Below are positions 43,936-53,309 of a stretch of 54,596 nucleotides of DNA, in pieces (within the stretch, counting starts at the first letter, position 1; every line of letters begins with the position of its first letter). The DNA comes from Bacteroidales bacterium GP2 (GTDB lineage: Bacteria; Bacteroidota; Bacteroidia; Bacteroidales; Muribaculaceae): positions 30,545-85,140 of the forward strand of contig DAAJ01000122.1 of assembly GCA_001701115.1 (NCBI GenBank), in the 5' to 3' direction. Under the pieces are notes generated by a model, which saw only the letters and a list, made by a program, of their open reading frames with translations, did no database searches and had not been told where the DNA came from. Made by a program: the position numbers and the translations under genes.

Positions 43936-45041
43936 CTTACGGTGACCTGAGTGGCGCCAAACCCATACTCGCGGAAAGATGCATCCTGCACTTCAACTTT
44001 CCCTTTATATCGATGGTTCAGCTCTTTCATAAGAGCCTGCCGGAGCACGCCGTCCCCTTTGCCATGGATGAATACTATCTTCTGACCGTGGTTAGTGAGA
44101 TTCGTATCCATCACCTTGCGGAATTCATCAACCTGAAGGTTGAGCATATCGGCATTTGAAAGCCCGGAAGTGGTGTCAACAAGTTCATTTATGTGGAGGT
44201 CAACTTCAATAATGCCGTTTCCACCGGGAAGATGCTCTGTGTTTTTGATAACAGGGCGTTTCCATTTTTTCTTTCTGTCAACTGGCTTGGGTTTCTCAAC
44301 ACTTTCTATGAGTTTTTCAACATCAAGAGTGTCTTTTGCCTGAACTACTCCGTTTTTAACAATGTCAAACGCTATAACAGGAACATCAAAATAAACATTA
44401 TCCTTGAAGCAGTGCAACTTGAAGAATTTAGTTACATCTGGCTTCAAAACAAGGCTTACAGGTGACTGCAACGCAAATTCCTTGCCTCTCTTAAATGCTA
44501 TTGCCTGCACAGCGACCTGCTCAAGCGCTCCAACTTCATTTTTTCCAAATTCCTCCAGAAGCACCTGGATGCCCGGCTCCACTATTCCGGCATACCTTGT
44601 CACCCATTCACCATCCTTAGGCGCACTCATGTAAGTGAAGTAAAGATAGTAGTTGGAATCATTTACAAGATAAGCATAATATGTGGTATCAGACAATTGT
44701 TTCAGATTGTCTGCCTCATAACCGAGAACAAGGTTCATGATATCTCCGCCCTCAACCTCCTCAGGCTCTATTTCCGGCTCTACCGGAGTAACATCTTTGC
44801 TCGGAACCGACGCTTGCGCCGCCTGCGCGGGTTTGCTTACAGCGGGCTGTTCAACCCGTGCTTTAGCGCGTTCCCATGCCGTTGAATTATCAACCACTAC
44901 GCATTCACGCACGAGAACGGGTGTATCAAACCCGTCCTCGTCTGTGACATAAGCCATATTTCCTTCTATGCGCGTTACCTCCCCACCGCCGGTGGTGTTA
45001 AGGAACCGCACAATATCTCCTACTTTAAGTGATGAAGCCAT
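43932..45041 (-). CDS. DUF2027-like N-terminal domain fused to a Smr (small MutS-related) domain
   Basis: 369 aa. The C-terminus VDLHINELV...IVFIHGKGDGVLRQAL...GFGATQVTV is an Smr signature. There is an acidic linker in the middle. Confidence 0.75.
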   Translation of the reverse strand: MASSLKVGDIVRFLNTTGGGEVTRIEGNMAYVTDEDGFDTPVLVRECVVVDNSTAWERAKARVEQPAVSKPAQAAQASVPSKDVTPVEPEIEPEEVEGGDIMNLVLGYEADNLKQLSDTTYYAYLVNDSNYYLYFTYMSAPKDGEWVTRYAGIVEPGIQVLLEEFGKNEVGALEQVAVQAIAFKRGKEFALQSPVSLVLKPDVTKFFKLHCFKDNVYFDVPVIAFDIVKNGVVQAKDTLDVEKLIESVEKPKPVDRKKKWKRPVIKNTEHLPGGNGIIEVDLHINELVDTTSGLSNADMLNLQVDEFRKVMDTNLTNHGQKIVFIHGKGDGVLRQALMKELNHRYKGKVEVQDASFREYGFGATQVTVR

Positions 45042-45046
45042 GGCTG

Positions 45047-48000
45047 TTACTTATTGTTCTTGATTTCTTTCATCAGTTCGTCAACCGCTGCCTTAAGCTG
45101 CGCGTCAACTCCTTTGACAACCTCAGCGGGGTCATTTGCAACCTTGATGTCAGGTTCAAGCTGGGTGTTTTCAAGGTAATTCCCTTCTTCAGTGCGGAAT
45201 CCTATCACGGGGATACCGTAAACAAGAGAGGGATCCTGAAGTGTTTCCCAGTTCACGCTGCTCATTGTTCCGGGAACCGGCATGCCGACAAGTTTTCCAA
45301 GACCGAGGTGACGGTAAACCCAGGGGGTGCCATGCGCATTGCTGTAGTTTGCCTCGCCGGTAATCATGATGCTTGGCTTGTTCCACCTGCGTGAAGGCAT
45401 ATCGGATGTTGGAACACCATGCACATCCTGAGTAAGGTATTTTTTACCACTGAACATCACTTCAATATCCTCATGGAGACGACCACCTCCGTTCCAACGG
45501 GTATCAATTATTATACCGTCACGGTCGATATATTCTCCAAGAGCTTTTGCATAAAGCTTTCTGAAGCTTCCGTCATCCATTGAACGGATATGCACATATC
45601 CGAGGCGACCGCCTGACAGCTTGTCAACTTCAGCCTCACGAGATTTCACCCAACGGTTATAAAGCAACTCATTCATTGCTCCGGTAGAAATTGGCAGAAT
45701 CACCTCTTCCCAACTGTCCTGACCGGGAGCGGTAAATGTTACAAGGGTCTTTTTGCCTGCAAGCCTATTGAACATTTCAGTGTAGTCGGAATTCTTATCG
45801 ATATTTACACCATTGATTGCCTTGACTACAGCTCCTGCTTTAACCTTTGAAGATGCACGGTCAAAAGGTCCGCCGGCAAGCACTTCAGCAACTTTGAGAC
45901 CATCACCGTCATAGTTCCAGTCATAGAGAAGACCGAGAGAAGCTGTTGCATCAGAGGTGCCGGGCGCATAATACCTTCCGCCTGTGTGGCTCACATTCAG
46001 TTCACCAAGAAGCTCGCTCAGAAGTTCCGCAAAATCATAATTATTATTGATGTGGGGAAGGAACTTCTTGTAATTTTCATAAAGCGCTGGCCAGTTAGCT
46101 CCATTCATATCCGTGCGGAAGAAACGCTCCCTCTCTTCATTAAACACATGCTTGAGCATATACTCACGCTCAGCAGCTCCGTCAACTTTCATGCTTGCTG
46201 ATGCGCTTACATTGGTCGTTTTTTCTGTTTTGGGGTCAAATTTGCGCACCGAACTTCCAACAAGGTAAAGATTGCCGTCCTTGTCGACATCTATTCCACG
46301 GACACCAGAAAGCTTGCTTACAAGTTTAACATCTCCGGTGCGGGGTTTCACTTTCCAAAGGTCATATCCTTTCTCAAATGCGCTGAGATAGTAAAGTGTT
46401 TCACCATCGGGAGTCAGGTATGCATCGCCAAGATTTGAAGAGTTGGGAGTAAGGCGGATGGTACGGTCTGCAAGTCCCTCAAGCTCAACCTTGATATCCT
46501 TTGAATCCTTATTGTCATCAGTTGCCTTAGAATCCTTGCCCTTCTTGTCAGCATCCTTTTTATCGTTGCCTTTATCTTTCTTCTGAGCCTTCTCTACCTC
46601 CTTAAGCAGAGCATAATCCTCTTCGTTAAGACGGAAACGGTCGTATGCGTCCTGGTTCAGGAAAGTGATCATAACATCGCTCATTGAGCCCCATGATGCG
46701 TGGTTGCGCATACCATATCTTTCACTCGCGAATATGATAGCATTGCCATCCATAGCCCAACGTGGATTTTCGTCAAAATACCCGGTTTTGGTGACATAAG
46801 TCATTTTGCCTGTTTCTGCATTGATTATAGCAATGTCGCCATACGGCTGGTGACGCAAATCCATTGCCTCAATCAGAATCCACTTGCTGTCCGGACTCCA
46901 TTGCGACGGGAAACCTTTTGTTCTCGAAGCAATTGTAGAACCATCTGTGAGCTGGCGTACTTTCTTGGTATCCAAATCCATGACCATAAGCTTAGTACGG
47001 TCCTGAACAAAAGTCATTTTCTTGCCGTCCGGTGAAATTGATGGATATGTGCGGTCAACAGCCTCCTTGGTATTGAACATGGGAGTTTCTTCAATAACAG
47101 TTGCGTTAGAGAAATTCGGGTCATCCTTACGGCTGATTGTCGCCTTATAAATGTTATAGTGACCGTCGCGCTCCGAAGTATAATATAATGTGCGGTTATC
47201 CGGTGCCCATGCTATATTGCTTTCACCGGCAGGAGTATTGGTTATCTGTTTTGTTGAAGGGTGCTTTGTCGATGTCACGAAGATTTCACCACGGTTCACA
47301 AAAGCAATCTGGTTTCCATCGGGGCTTACGGTTGCTCCGGGCATTGAACGCACAGAGAGGTTTACAGGAAGTTCCTCTTCATCCATATTGAGGTCAATCT
47401 TCACCTTTGCAGGCGCAGCATCCCCTTTCTTTGTATAAATTTCACCATTATAGGTAAAAGCGAAAGTTCCGTCATTTCCCTGAGAGAGGAAACGCACGGG
47501 ATGAGTCTTGAAATCGGTTACTTTTGTAATCTTAGAGGGATCGGCAAGCGGCATGGAATAAACATTGAATGAACCGCCATTGCGCTCGCTGAGGAAATAA
47601 ACAGTTGAGCCGTCCTTGCTCACAACAGGATTCCTGTCCTCCCCTCCTCTTTTTGTCAGGTTGGTATGCTTGCCGGTCTTTGCATCATATTTCCAAATGT
47701 CACGGGTCACTGAGGAGGTGTGATGCTTACGCCACTTGTCCTCTCCACCTTTAACATCTTCATAAATGAAAGAAGAACCGTCAGGCAAGAAAGTCATCTG
47801 CACAGCAGGAGTACCTAATACCTGGGTCACACGTCCACCGGCAACGGGAACACGGTAAAGTTCTGTCATTGCACGGTAAGGGAACAAGGCACTTTCAGCC
47901 GGGTCCTGGATACTTGCACTGAACAGCACATATTTTCCGTCCGGAGTGAACGCTTCCGGGGTCTCAGCTGCCGAGTTGGTAGTAAGGCGTGTCGCAGAGC

Positions 48001-48292
48001 CACCATTGCTACTCATTATATATATGTCAGTACCTCCTGTGCGGTCACTGGCAAATGCTATACTTTTTCCGTCAGGACTCCAAACCGGCTCGCTTTCGTA
48101 GCTCGGCTGAGAAGTCAGGCGCACAGCTGTACCACCAGCAACAGGCACTTTCCAGATATCACCCTTGTAGGTAAAAGCGATTTCCTTGCCATCCGGCGAA
48201 ATCTTTACATCACGCAACCACATGGGAGTGACTGCACCAACAGCACCACATCCGAGTGCTGATGCTAACAAAATGCTATATATTTTCTTCAT
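45047..48292 (-). CDS. tricorn-protease-like S41 family peptidase (beta-propellers, PDZ, S41 domain)
   Basis: 1081 aa with a signal peptide. Repeated TolB-like SPDGK blades, a PDZ-like region, and an S41 C-terminal domain (NGGG, GEANYSNAH). Confidence 0.85.
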   Translation of the reverse strand: MKKIYSILLASALGCGAVGAVTPMWLRDVKISPDGKEIAFTYKGDIWKVPVAGGTAVRLTSQPSYESEPVWSPDGKSIAFASDRTGGTDIYIMSSNGGSATRLTTNSAAETPEAFTPDGKYVLFSASIQDPAESALFPYRAMTELYRVPVAGGRVTQVLGTPAVQMTFLPDGSSFIYEDVKGGEDKWRKHHTSSVTRDIWKYDAKTGKHTNLTKRGGEDRNPVVSKDGSTVYFLSERNGGSFNVYSMPLADPSKITKVTDFKTHPVRFLSQGNDGTFAFTYNGEIYTKKGDAAPAKVKIDLNMDEEELPVNLSVRSMPGATVSPDGNQIAFVNRGEIFVTSTKHPSTKQITNTPAGESNIAWAPDNRTLYYTSERDGHYNIYKATISRKDDPNFSNATVIEETPMFNTKEAVDRTYPSISPDGKKMTFVQDRTKLMVMDLDTKKVRQLTDGSTIASRTKGFPSQWSPDSKWILIEAMDLRHQPYGDIAIINAETGKMTYVTKTGYFDENPRWAMDGNAIIFASERYGMRNHASWGSMSDVMITFLNQDAYDRFRLNEEDYALLKEVEKAQKKDKGNDKKDADKKGKDSKATDDNKDSKDIKVELEGLADRTIRLTPNSSNLGDAYLTPDGETLYYLSAFEKGYDLWKVKPRTGDVKLVSKLSGVRGIDVDKDGNLYLVGSSVRKFDPKTEKTTNVSASASMKVDGAAEREYMLKHVFNEERERFFRTDMNGANWPALYENYKKFLPHINNNYDFAELLSELLGELNVSHTGGRYYAPGTSDATASLGLLYDWNYDGDGLKVAEVLAGGPFDRASSKVKAGAVVKAINGVNIDKNSDYTEMFNRLAGKKTLVTFTAPGQDSWEEVILPISTGAMNELLYNRWVKSREAEVDKLSGGRLGYVHIRSMDDGSFRKLYAKALGEYIDRDGIIIDTRWNGGGRLHEDIEVMFSGKKYLTQDVHGVPTSDMPSRRWNKPSIMITGEANYSNAHGTPWVYRHLGLGKLVGMPVPGTMSSVNWETLQDPSLVYGIPVIGFRTEEGNYLENTQLEPDIKVANDPAEVVKGVDAQLKAAVDELMKEIKNNK

Positions 48293-48345
48293 TACTTAGG
48301 TATTTGTTTCACAGGTTAATTGTCTGACACAGTCAAACGCGATTA

Positions 48346-48353
48346 CAAATTTA
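48346..48353 (-). promoter_or_regulatory. TAnnTTTG promoter motif (TAAATTTG on the minus strand) for the tricorn-like gene
   Basis: 54 nt upstream of the ATG at 48292. Confidence 0.55.
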
Positions 48354-48545
48354 CTATTTTTTCATCACACGACAACCGCATAAGCATTATTTAGTCCCCT
48401 AATAATCATCAAGCAGTCAGCAAGCGGATATTGATGCAGCCATGGAAAGGGAGGGCAAACCGCCAGGCATTATGTTAACGTACGTTATATATCCCCATAC
48501 GTCTATTAGTGGTGAGGTTATTATCTTTTCCACAAAAGTTATTTA

Positions 48546-48646
48546 TACTTTTGTACGATATTAATTGCCAAACAATATAATACGTAATTTAATCAATTCC
48601 TGTATTGATGAAAGAGAGTTGACCGTGAGGTTCACTCTCTTTTTTA
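48546..48646 (+). ncRNA. candidate small RNA: promoter motif plus orphan plus-strand intrinsic terminator
   Basis: TACTTTTG lies at 48546-53. The terminator has an 11-bp stem in total, built around AGAGAGT (48613-19) pairing with ACTCTCT (48634-40), with a GTGA loop and a T6 run (48641-46). There is no plus-strand gene upstream. The predicted transcript is about 85 nt. Confidence 0.4.
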
Positions 48647-48730
48647 TTCAGTACTCCCTGCGAATGTACATATATGCCACGCTAAATACTCCTTAATTAT
48701 ATAATACGCGCTATGTTCCGGATTTTTTTG

Positions 48731-48738
48731 TAATTTTG
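48731..48738 (+). promoter_or_regulatory. TAnnTTTG promoter motif (TAATTTTG) for aspS
   Basis: Ends 30 nt upstream of the ATG at 48768. Confidence 0.6.
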
Positions 48739-48767
48739 GGGTCGGAAAATAATAACCAATACAAGAT

Positions 48768-50522
48768 ATGTACAGAACCAAAACTTGCGGAGAGCTCCGC
48801 TTATCTGATGCCGGATCAGAGGTAACACTTGCCGGCTGGGTACAAAAAAGCCGAAAGATGGGAGGCATGACATTTATTGACCTGCGCGACCGTTACGGCA
48901 TAACCCAGATTGTTTTTGACAATGACACAAATGCTGAGCTTTGCGAAGCTGCAAATAAACTCGGAAGGGAATTTGTTGTGCAGATAACAGGCAAAGTGGC
49001 TGAGCGAACAAATAAAAATCCTAATATTCCTACCGGTGACATCGAAATCCTTGCCGAAAACATCAAGGTGCTCAACCGTAGTGACGTCCCACCGTTTACC
49101 ATTGAGGACAATACTGACGGAGGCGATGACCTGAGAATGAAATACCGTTACCTGGATCTCCGCCGTTCATGCGTGCGCAAAAACCTTGAACTTCGCCATA
49201 AAATGGCATTTGAAATCCGCCGCTACCTTGACCAACACGGTTTCATTGAAGTGGAAACCCCGGTTCTAATCAAATCAACTCCCGAAGGCGCACGCGATTT
49301 CGTTGTGCCCTCACGAATGAATCCGGGAGAATTTTATGCCCTGCCTCAAAGCCCGCAGACATTCAAGCAGCTTCTCATGGTCAGCGGATTTGACCGCTAT
49401 TTCCAGATTGTGAAATGCTTCAGGGATGAGGACCTGCGCGCAGACCGCCAGCCTGAGTTTACTCAGATTGACTGCGAGATGAGTTTTGTTGACCAGGAGG
49501 ATGTCCTTGACATGTTTGAAGGGCTCGTTAAGCACATATTCAAATATGTAAAGGATATTGACTTTACTGAACCGTTCCCCAGAATGACATGGGCAGATGC
49601 AATGAAGCTATACGGCAGCGACAAACCGGACACTCGTTTCGGAATGGAGTTTGTTGAAATAAAAGACCTTACAGAAGGACGTGGGTTTGCTGTCCTTGAC
49701 GATGCAGAGTATGTGGGCGCTATTGTTGCCCCCGGATGTGCAGGTTACACCAGAAAACAGCTTGACGCGCTCACCGACTATGTAAAACGTCCTCAGATTG
49801 GCGCAAAAGGCATGATGTGGGTAAAATACGAGGCTGACGGCTCTATAAAGAGCAGTGTAGGCAAATTCTACACCGATGAGATTCTACGCACATGGCTTGA
49901 AAGGGCAAAAGCCAATCCCGGCGACCTAATGCTGATACTCGCTGGTCCGACAATGAAGACACGCAAACAGCTTTGTGAGCTCCGCCTCCATGTTGGCTCA
50001 GAACTCGGTTTTCGCGATCCGCAGAAATTCTCATGCTTGTGGGTCATTGATTTCCCGCTGTTTGAATGGGATGACGAAACCCAGCGTTATTATGCCATGC
50101 ACCACCCCTTCACCTCTCCGAATCCGGATGACATTGATATGCTCGAAAGCAATACAGGCGCTGTGCGTGCAACGGCATACGACATGGTTGTCAACGGCAA
50201 CGAACTTGGAGGCGGCAGCATAAGGATTCATGACTCTGAACTTCAGGACAAGATGTTCCGCCTGCTCGGATTGTCAGAAGATGAGGCACGCTATAAATTC
50301 GGCTTCCTGATGGATGCATTCAAGTATGGTGCGCCACCTCACGGTGGTCTTGCTTTCGGTTTCGACAGGTTTGTGTCTATTCTTGCAGGACTTGACTCTA
50401 TCCGTGATGTCATTGCTTTCCCGAAAAATAATTCCGGGCGTGACATGATGATTGATGCACCGTCAGCAATCGACCAGAGCCAGCTTGATGAACTGAAGAT
50501 TGATATTGTAAAAGAAGATTAA
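48768..50522 (+). CDS. aspS: aspartate--tRNA ligase
   Basis: 584 aa. N-terminus [11 protein letters not shown], class II motifs ([34 protein letters not shown]). Confidence 0.95.
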   Translation: MYRTKTCGELRLSDAGSEVTLAGWVQKSRKMGGMTFIDLRDRYGITQIVFDNDTNAELCEAANKLGREFVVQITGKVAERTNKNPNIPTGDIEILAENIKVLNRSDVPPFTIEDNTDGGDDLRMKYRYLDLRRSCVRKNLELRHKMAFEIRRYLDQHGFIEVETPVLIKSTPEGARDFVVPSRMNPGEFYALPQSPQTFKQLLMVSGFDRYFQIVKCFRDEDLRADRQPEFTQIDCEMSFVDQEDVLDMFEGLVKHIFKYVKDIDFTEPFPRMTWADAMKLYGSDKPDTRFGMEFVEIKDLTEGRGFAVLDDAEYVGAIVAPGCAGYTRKQLDALTDYVKRPQIGAKGMMWVKYEADGSIKSSVGKFYTDEILRTWLERAKANPGDLMLILAGPTMKTRKQLCELRLHVGSELGFRDPQKFSCLWVIDFPLFEWDDETQRYYAMHHPFTSPNPDDIDMLESNTGAVRATAYDMVVNGNELGGGSIRIHDSELQDKMFRLLGLSEDEARYKFGFLMDAFKYGAPPHGGLAFGFDRFVSILAGLDSIRDVIAFPKNNSGRDMMIDAPSAIDQSQLDELKIDIVKED

Positions 50523-50532
50523 GCGGCTGCTT

Positions 50533-51315
50533 GTGCGAATTTCAGAAGTAATAGGCACCATTGAGCAATTTGCTCCCCGACACCTGCAGGAGTCGTATGA
50601 TAATTCAGGAGTCCAAATAGGTTGCACTGCCAATTGCGAATGCACCGGAGTGCTTCTTGCCGTCGATCCTACACCAGCTGTTGTAAAGGAAGCCATAGAA
50701 CTTGGATGTAATCTGGTAATAACTCATCATCCCCTGCTTTTCAAGGGGCTGAAGAGTATTACCGGAGCAAATCCCGTTGAGATGGCAACAATTGAGGCAA
50801 TACGGGCTGGAATAACGCTATACTCCTCCCACACCTCCCTTGACAGATGCGAAAATGGGGTATCTGCTGAAATGGCTGAGATGCTTGGACTGACGGAGGT
50901 GCGACCGCTCGAAAAAACTGACGGCACCTTTGGTCTGGGAGCAATAGGCAAGTTGGAAAAATCACTAAGCCCAGTGGAATTTATTGGGCTTGTCAAAAAG
51001 GTTTTTGATTCCCCGGTGGTGCGCCACACATCTTTTGCACCAAGCACAGAGATAAAAACGGTTGCCCTATGCGGAGGGAGCGGTGCCTCGATGATTCCTG
51101 AGGCAATTGCGGCAGGCGCTGATGCAATGCTGACTTCTGACACAAAATATCACGACTTTGTGGACTATGCTGAAAGAATACTGATTGCAGATATCGGTCA
51201 CTTTGAGAGCGAGAAATGCACTAAAAGCATTTTTCACAAGGTCATTAAAGAAAAATTTCCTAACTTTGCACACCTGTACATAGCTACGGAAAACAACCCG
51301 ATAAACTATATGTAA
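50533..51315 (+). CDS. Nif3-like dinuclear metal centre protein
   Basis: 260 aa. ITHHPLLF, SSHTSLD and GHFESE motifs. GTG start. Confidence 0.85.
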   Translation: MRISEVIGTIEQFAPRHLQESYDNSGVQIGCTANCECTGVLLAVDPTPAVVKEAIELGCNLVITHHPLLFKGLKSITGANPVEMATIEAIRAGITLYSSHTSLDRCENGVSAEMAEMLGLTEVRPLEKTDGTFGLGAIGKLEKSLSPVEFIGLVKKVFDSPVVRHTSFAPSTEIKTVALCGGSGASMIPEAIAAGADAMLTSDTKYHDFVDYAERILIADIGHFESEKCTKSIFHKVIKEKFPNFAHLYIATENNPINYM

Positions 51316-51320
51316 GCGAT

Positions 51321-52100
51321 ATGGCTACAGCAGATAATAACAAAAACGAACAGAATCTTTCGGTTGAATCACGCCTGAAGTCGTTATACGAACTCCAGAG
51401 CCTTCTCTCACAAATTGACCGTATCCGCACCGTGCGTGGCGAACTTCCATTGGAAGTTGCTGACCTCGAGGATAATATCATCGGTCTCACCACTCGCGTA
51501 GATAATTACCGCAAGGAAATAGAGGAGCTTCGCAAGAAAAGCGTTGCCGAGAAGGAAAAAATCAATGAAGCCCAGGCTAAAATCGAGAAATACAAAGTCC
51601 AGCTCGACAATGTGAGAAACAACCGTGAATTTGACCTTCTTACAAAGGAAATTGAATTCCAGACCCTTGAAATACAGCTCTGTGAAAAGCATATAAATGA
51701 GTATGCACGAGTGATTGACAGCAAAACCAATGAAATTGCTGCAACAGAGGAACAGCTTTCTGACCAGAATCACATTCTCACCGAGAAGAAAGCCGAACTT
51801 GAAGAAATCGTTTCTGAAACAAAGCAGGATGAAGAGCGTCTTCGCGAACAGGCTAAGGCTCTTGAGCCCAAAATTGACGCAAGAACCCTTGCAGCGTTCA
51901 AGCGTATACGCAAAAATGCAAGAAACGGACTGGGCATCGTTTATATCCAACGCAATGCATGCGGAGGCTGCTTCAACCGTATCCCGCCGCAGAAACAGGC
52001 TGAAATCAAGATGCATAAAAAAATTATCGTCTGCGAGTATTGCGGTCGTATCATGATTGACCCGGAACTTGCAGGAGTAACAGAAACACCAGCGAAGTAA
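51321..52100 (+). CDS. coiled-coil plus C4 zinc-ribbon protein (COG1579/DUF164-like)
   Basis: 259 aa. A long coiled coil, then CGGC...CEYCGR. It is the usual partner gene of Nif3. Confidence 0.8.
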   Translation: MATADNNKNEQNLSVESRLKSLYELQSLLSQIDRIRTVRGELPLEVADLEDNIIGLTTRVDNYRKEIEELRKKSVAEKEKINEAQAKIEKYKVQLDNVRNNREFDLLTKEIEFQTLEIQLCEKHINEYARVIDSKTNEIAATEEQLSDQNHILTEKKAELEEIVSETKQDEERLREQAKALEPKIDARTLAAFKRIRKNARNGLGIVYIQRNACGGCFNRIPPQKQAEIKMHKKIIVCEYCGRIMIDPELAGVTETPAK

Positions 52101-52121
52101 ACGCTACTATGTCTGCAATGT

Positions 52122-52161
52122 AACCCGCTAAGAAAAAATTTCTTGGCGGGTTATCTTTTTT
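52122..52161 (+). terminator. intrinsic terminator
   Basis: 14-bp stem (52122-35 with 52139-52, one G-U pair) followed by ATCTTTTTT. Confidence 0.85.
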
Positions 52162-52214
52162 AAACATTTCGAGTCTTGTCGGCATTATTATAATATAATC
52201 AAGACTATTTATTT

Positions 52215-53135
52215 ATGAACGGTAAAGTTAAGGGAAACGTTGCTATGCTCGTTTCCAAAATTTTTTCGGGTTTCAATGAAAATGCCCTCCGCTTCCTGCT
52301 ACCTAAGTATATGAATGCATGCACCGGTGTATTCCTCCGGGTTGGATTTGCAGCGGCATTTTTTTGGGTATTAGGGATTTTCAGGAAAAAAGAGGCGACT
52401 AAAACAACTGGTCGTCAGCGTTTGTATTTATTCCTGTTGGGACTTATATGCGTGTACGGATATATGTTCTTCCTACTGAAAGGACTCACCTACACCACTC
52501 CTATATCTTCATCCATCTTCATAAGTTTACAGCCGGTATGCGTTTTCATAATTTGCCTGCTTATTAAAACAGAGAAAGCCACGCCGCTAAAAGTCCTTGG
52601 AATTATATTAGGTGTTGCCGGTGCGGGTGTGTGCGTTCTTACGCAAAAAACGAGTGATGTTGCAAGCAATCCTATGCTTGGAAACATATTTTGCTTCGGC
52701 TCAACCATAGTATATTCACTCTACCTGATATTCTCGAAGAAACTACTTAAAAATATTGACAGCATCACAGTTTCTAAATGGACTTTCCTTGGAGCAGCCT
52801 GCGCCGCTCTACCGGTAGCTTTGTTTACTGGATGGGATGCACCTGTGCTTAAACTTGGCATTCTTTCCATACCGATGCTTGTGCTTCTATTCGTGCAGAT
52901 ATTCCCGTCATCTGTAAGCTATCTGCTGATAGATGTTGGACTGAAAAACCTGACAGCAACTGTAGTTGCTCTCTATGGTTCTGTTATTCTTGTCGTAGCA
53001 ACGATTGCAAGTTATATATTCGGTCAGGATCATTTCTCTTGGTGGCAGATTCTATCGATTGTGCTCATAATCGTATCCATGTACCTTGTGGAGTCACAGG
53101 AGCGCAAAACCATACAGCCTGCAACCACCAAATAA
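52215..53135 (+). CDS. DMT superfamily (EamA-like) transporter
   Basis: 306 aa with about 10 TM helices in two EamA-like halves. Confidence 0.75.
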   Translation: MNGKVKGNVAMLVSKIFSGFNENALRFLLPKYMNACTGVFLRVGFAAAFFWVLGIFRKKEATKTTGRQRLYLFLLGLICVYGYMFFLLKGLTYTTPISSSIFISLQPVCVFIICLLIKTEKATPLKVLGIILGVAGAGVCVLTQKTSDVASNPMLGNIFCFGSTIVYSLYLIFSKKLLKNIDSITVSKWTFLGAACAALPVALFTGWDAPVLKLGILSIPMLVLLFVQIFPSSVSYLLIDVGLKNLTATVVALYGSVILVVATIASYIFGQDHFSWWQILSIVLIIVSMYLVESQERKTIQPATTK

Positions 53136-53240
53136 TAATATAAAGTAAGAGATTAATAAATTCTTACTGTTATTTTGTGGATTTTATGCACAGATTTATA
53201 AAAATGTGCAATCTAATGCAATAGTTTTTGTCATTTTTTG

Positions 53241-53248
53241 TAAATTTG
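53241..53248 (+). promoter_or_regulatory. TAnnTTTG promoter motif (TAAATTTG) for spt
   Basis: Ends 62 nt upstream of the ATG at 53310. Confidence 0.55.
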
Positions 53249-53309
53249 CACCTTGATTTAAAGCGCAAAAAGCGTTACGACAGCATAGTATTTTAATTAA
53301 ACCAACTAT

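Noticed and set aside
48436-48470. The GCAGCCATGGAAAGGGAGGGCAAACCGCCAGG segment reminded me of the AGCAGCC/GGAA core of SRP (4.5S) RNA.
   Set aside because: The flanking sequence does not form the long closing helix or the symmetric and asymmetric loops of SRP RNA domain IV. The resemblance is limited to a hexamer.
48526-48534. A DnaA-box-like TTTTCCACA (fits TTWTNCACA) in an AT-rich divergent region where gene orientation switches from the minus to the plus strand. I considered a possible oriC.
   Set aside because: There is only one box, no dnaA/dnaN or other origin-linked genes, and no box cluster or recognisable DUE repeats. A second orientation switch at about 25.7 kb shows that such switches are local.
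48644-48868. A 74-aa minus-strand ORF overlapping the aspS promoter and the aspS start.
   Set aside because: It overlaps the aspS 5' end antisense, has no promoter motif or recognisable domain, and its 3' end runs into the plus-strand terminator.
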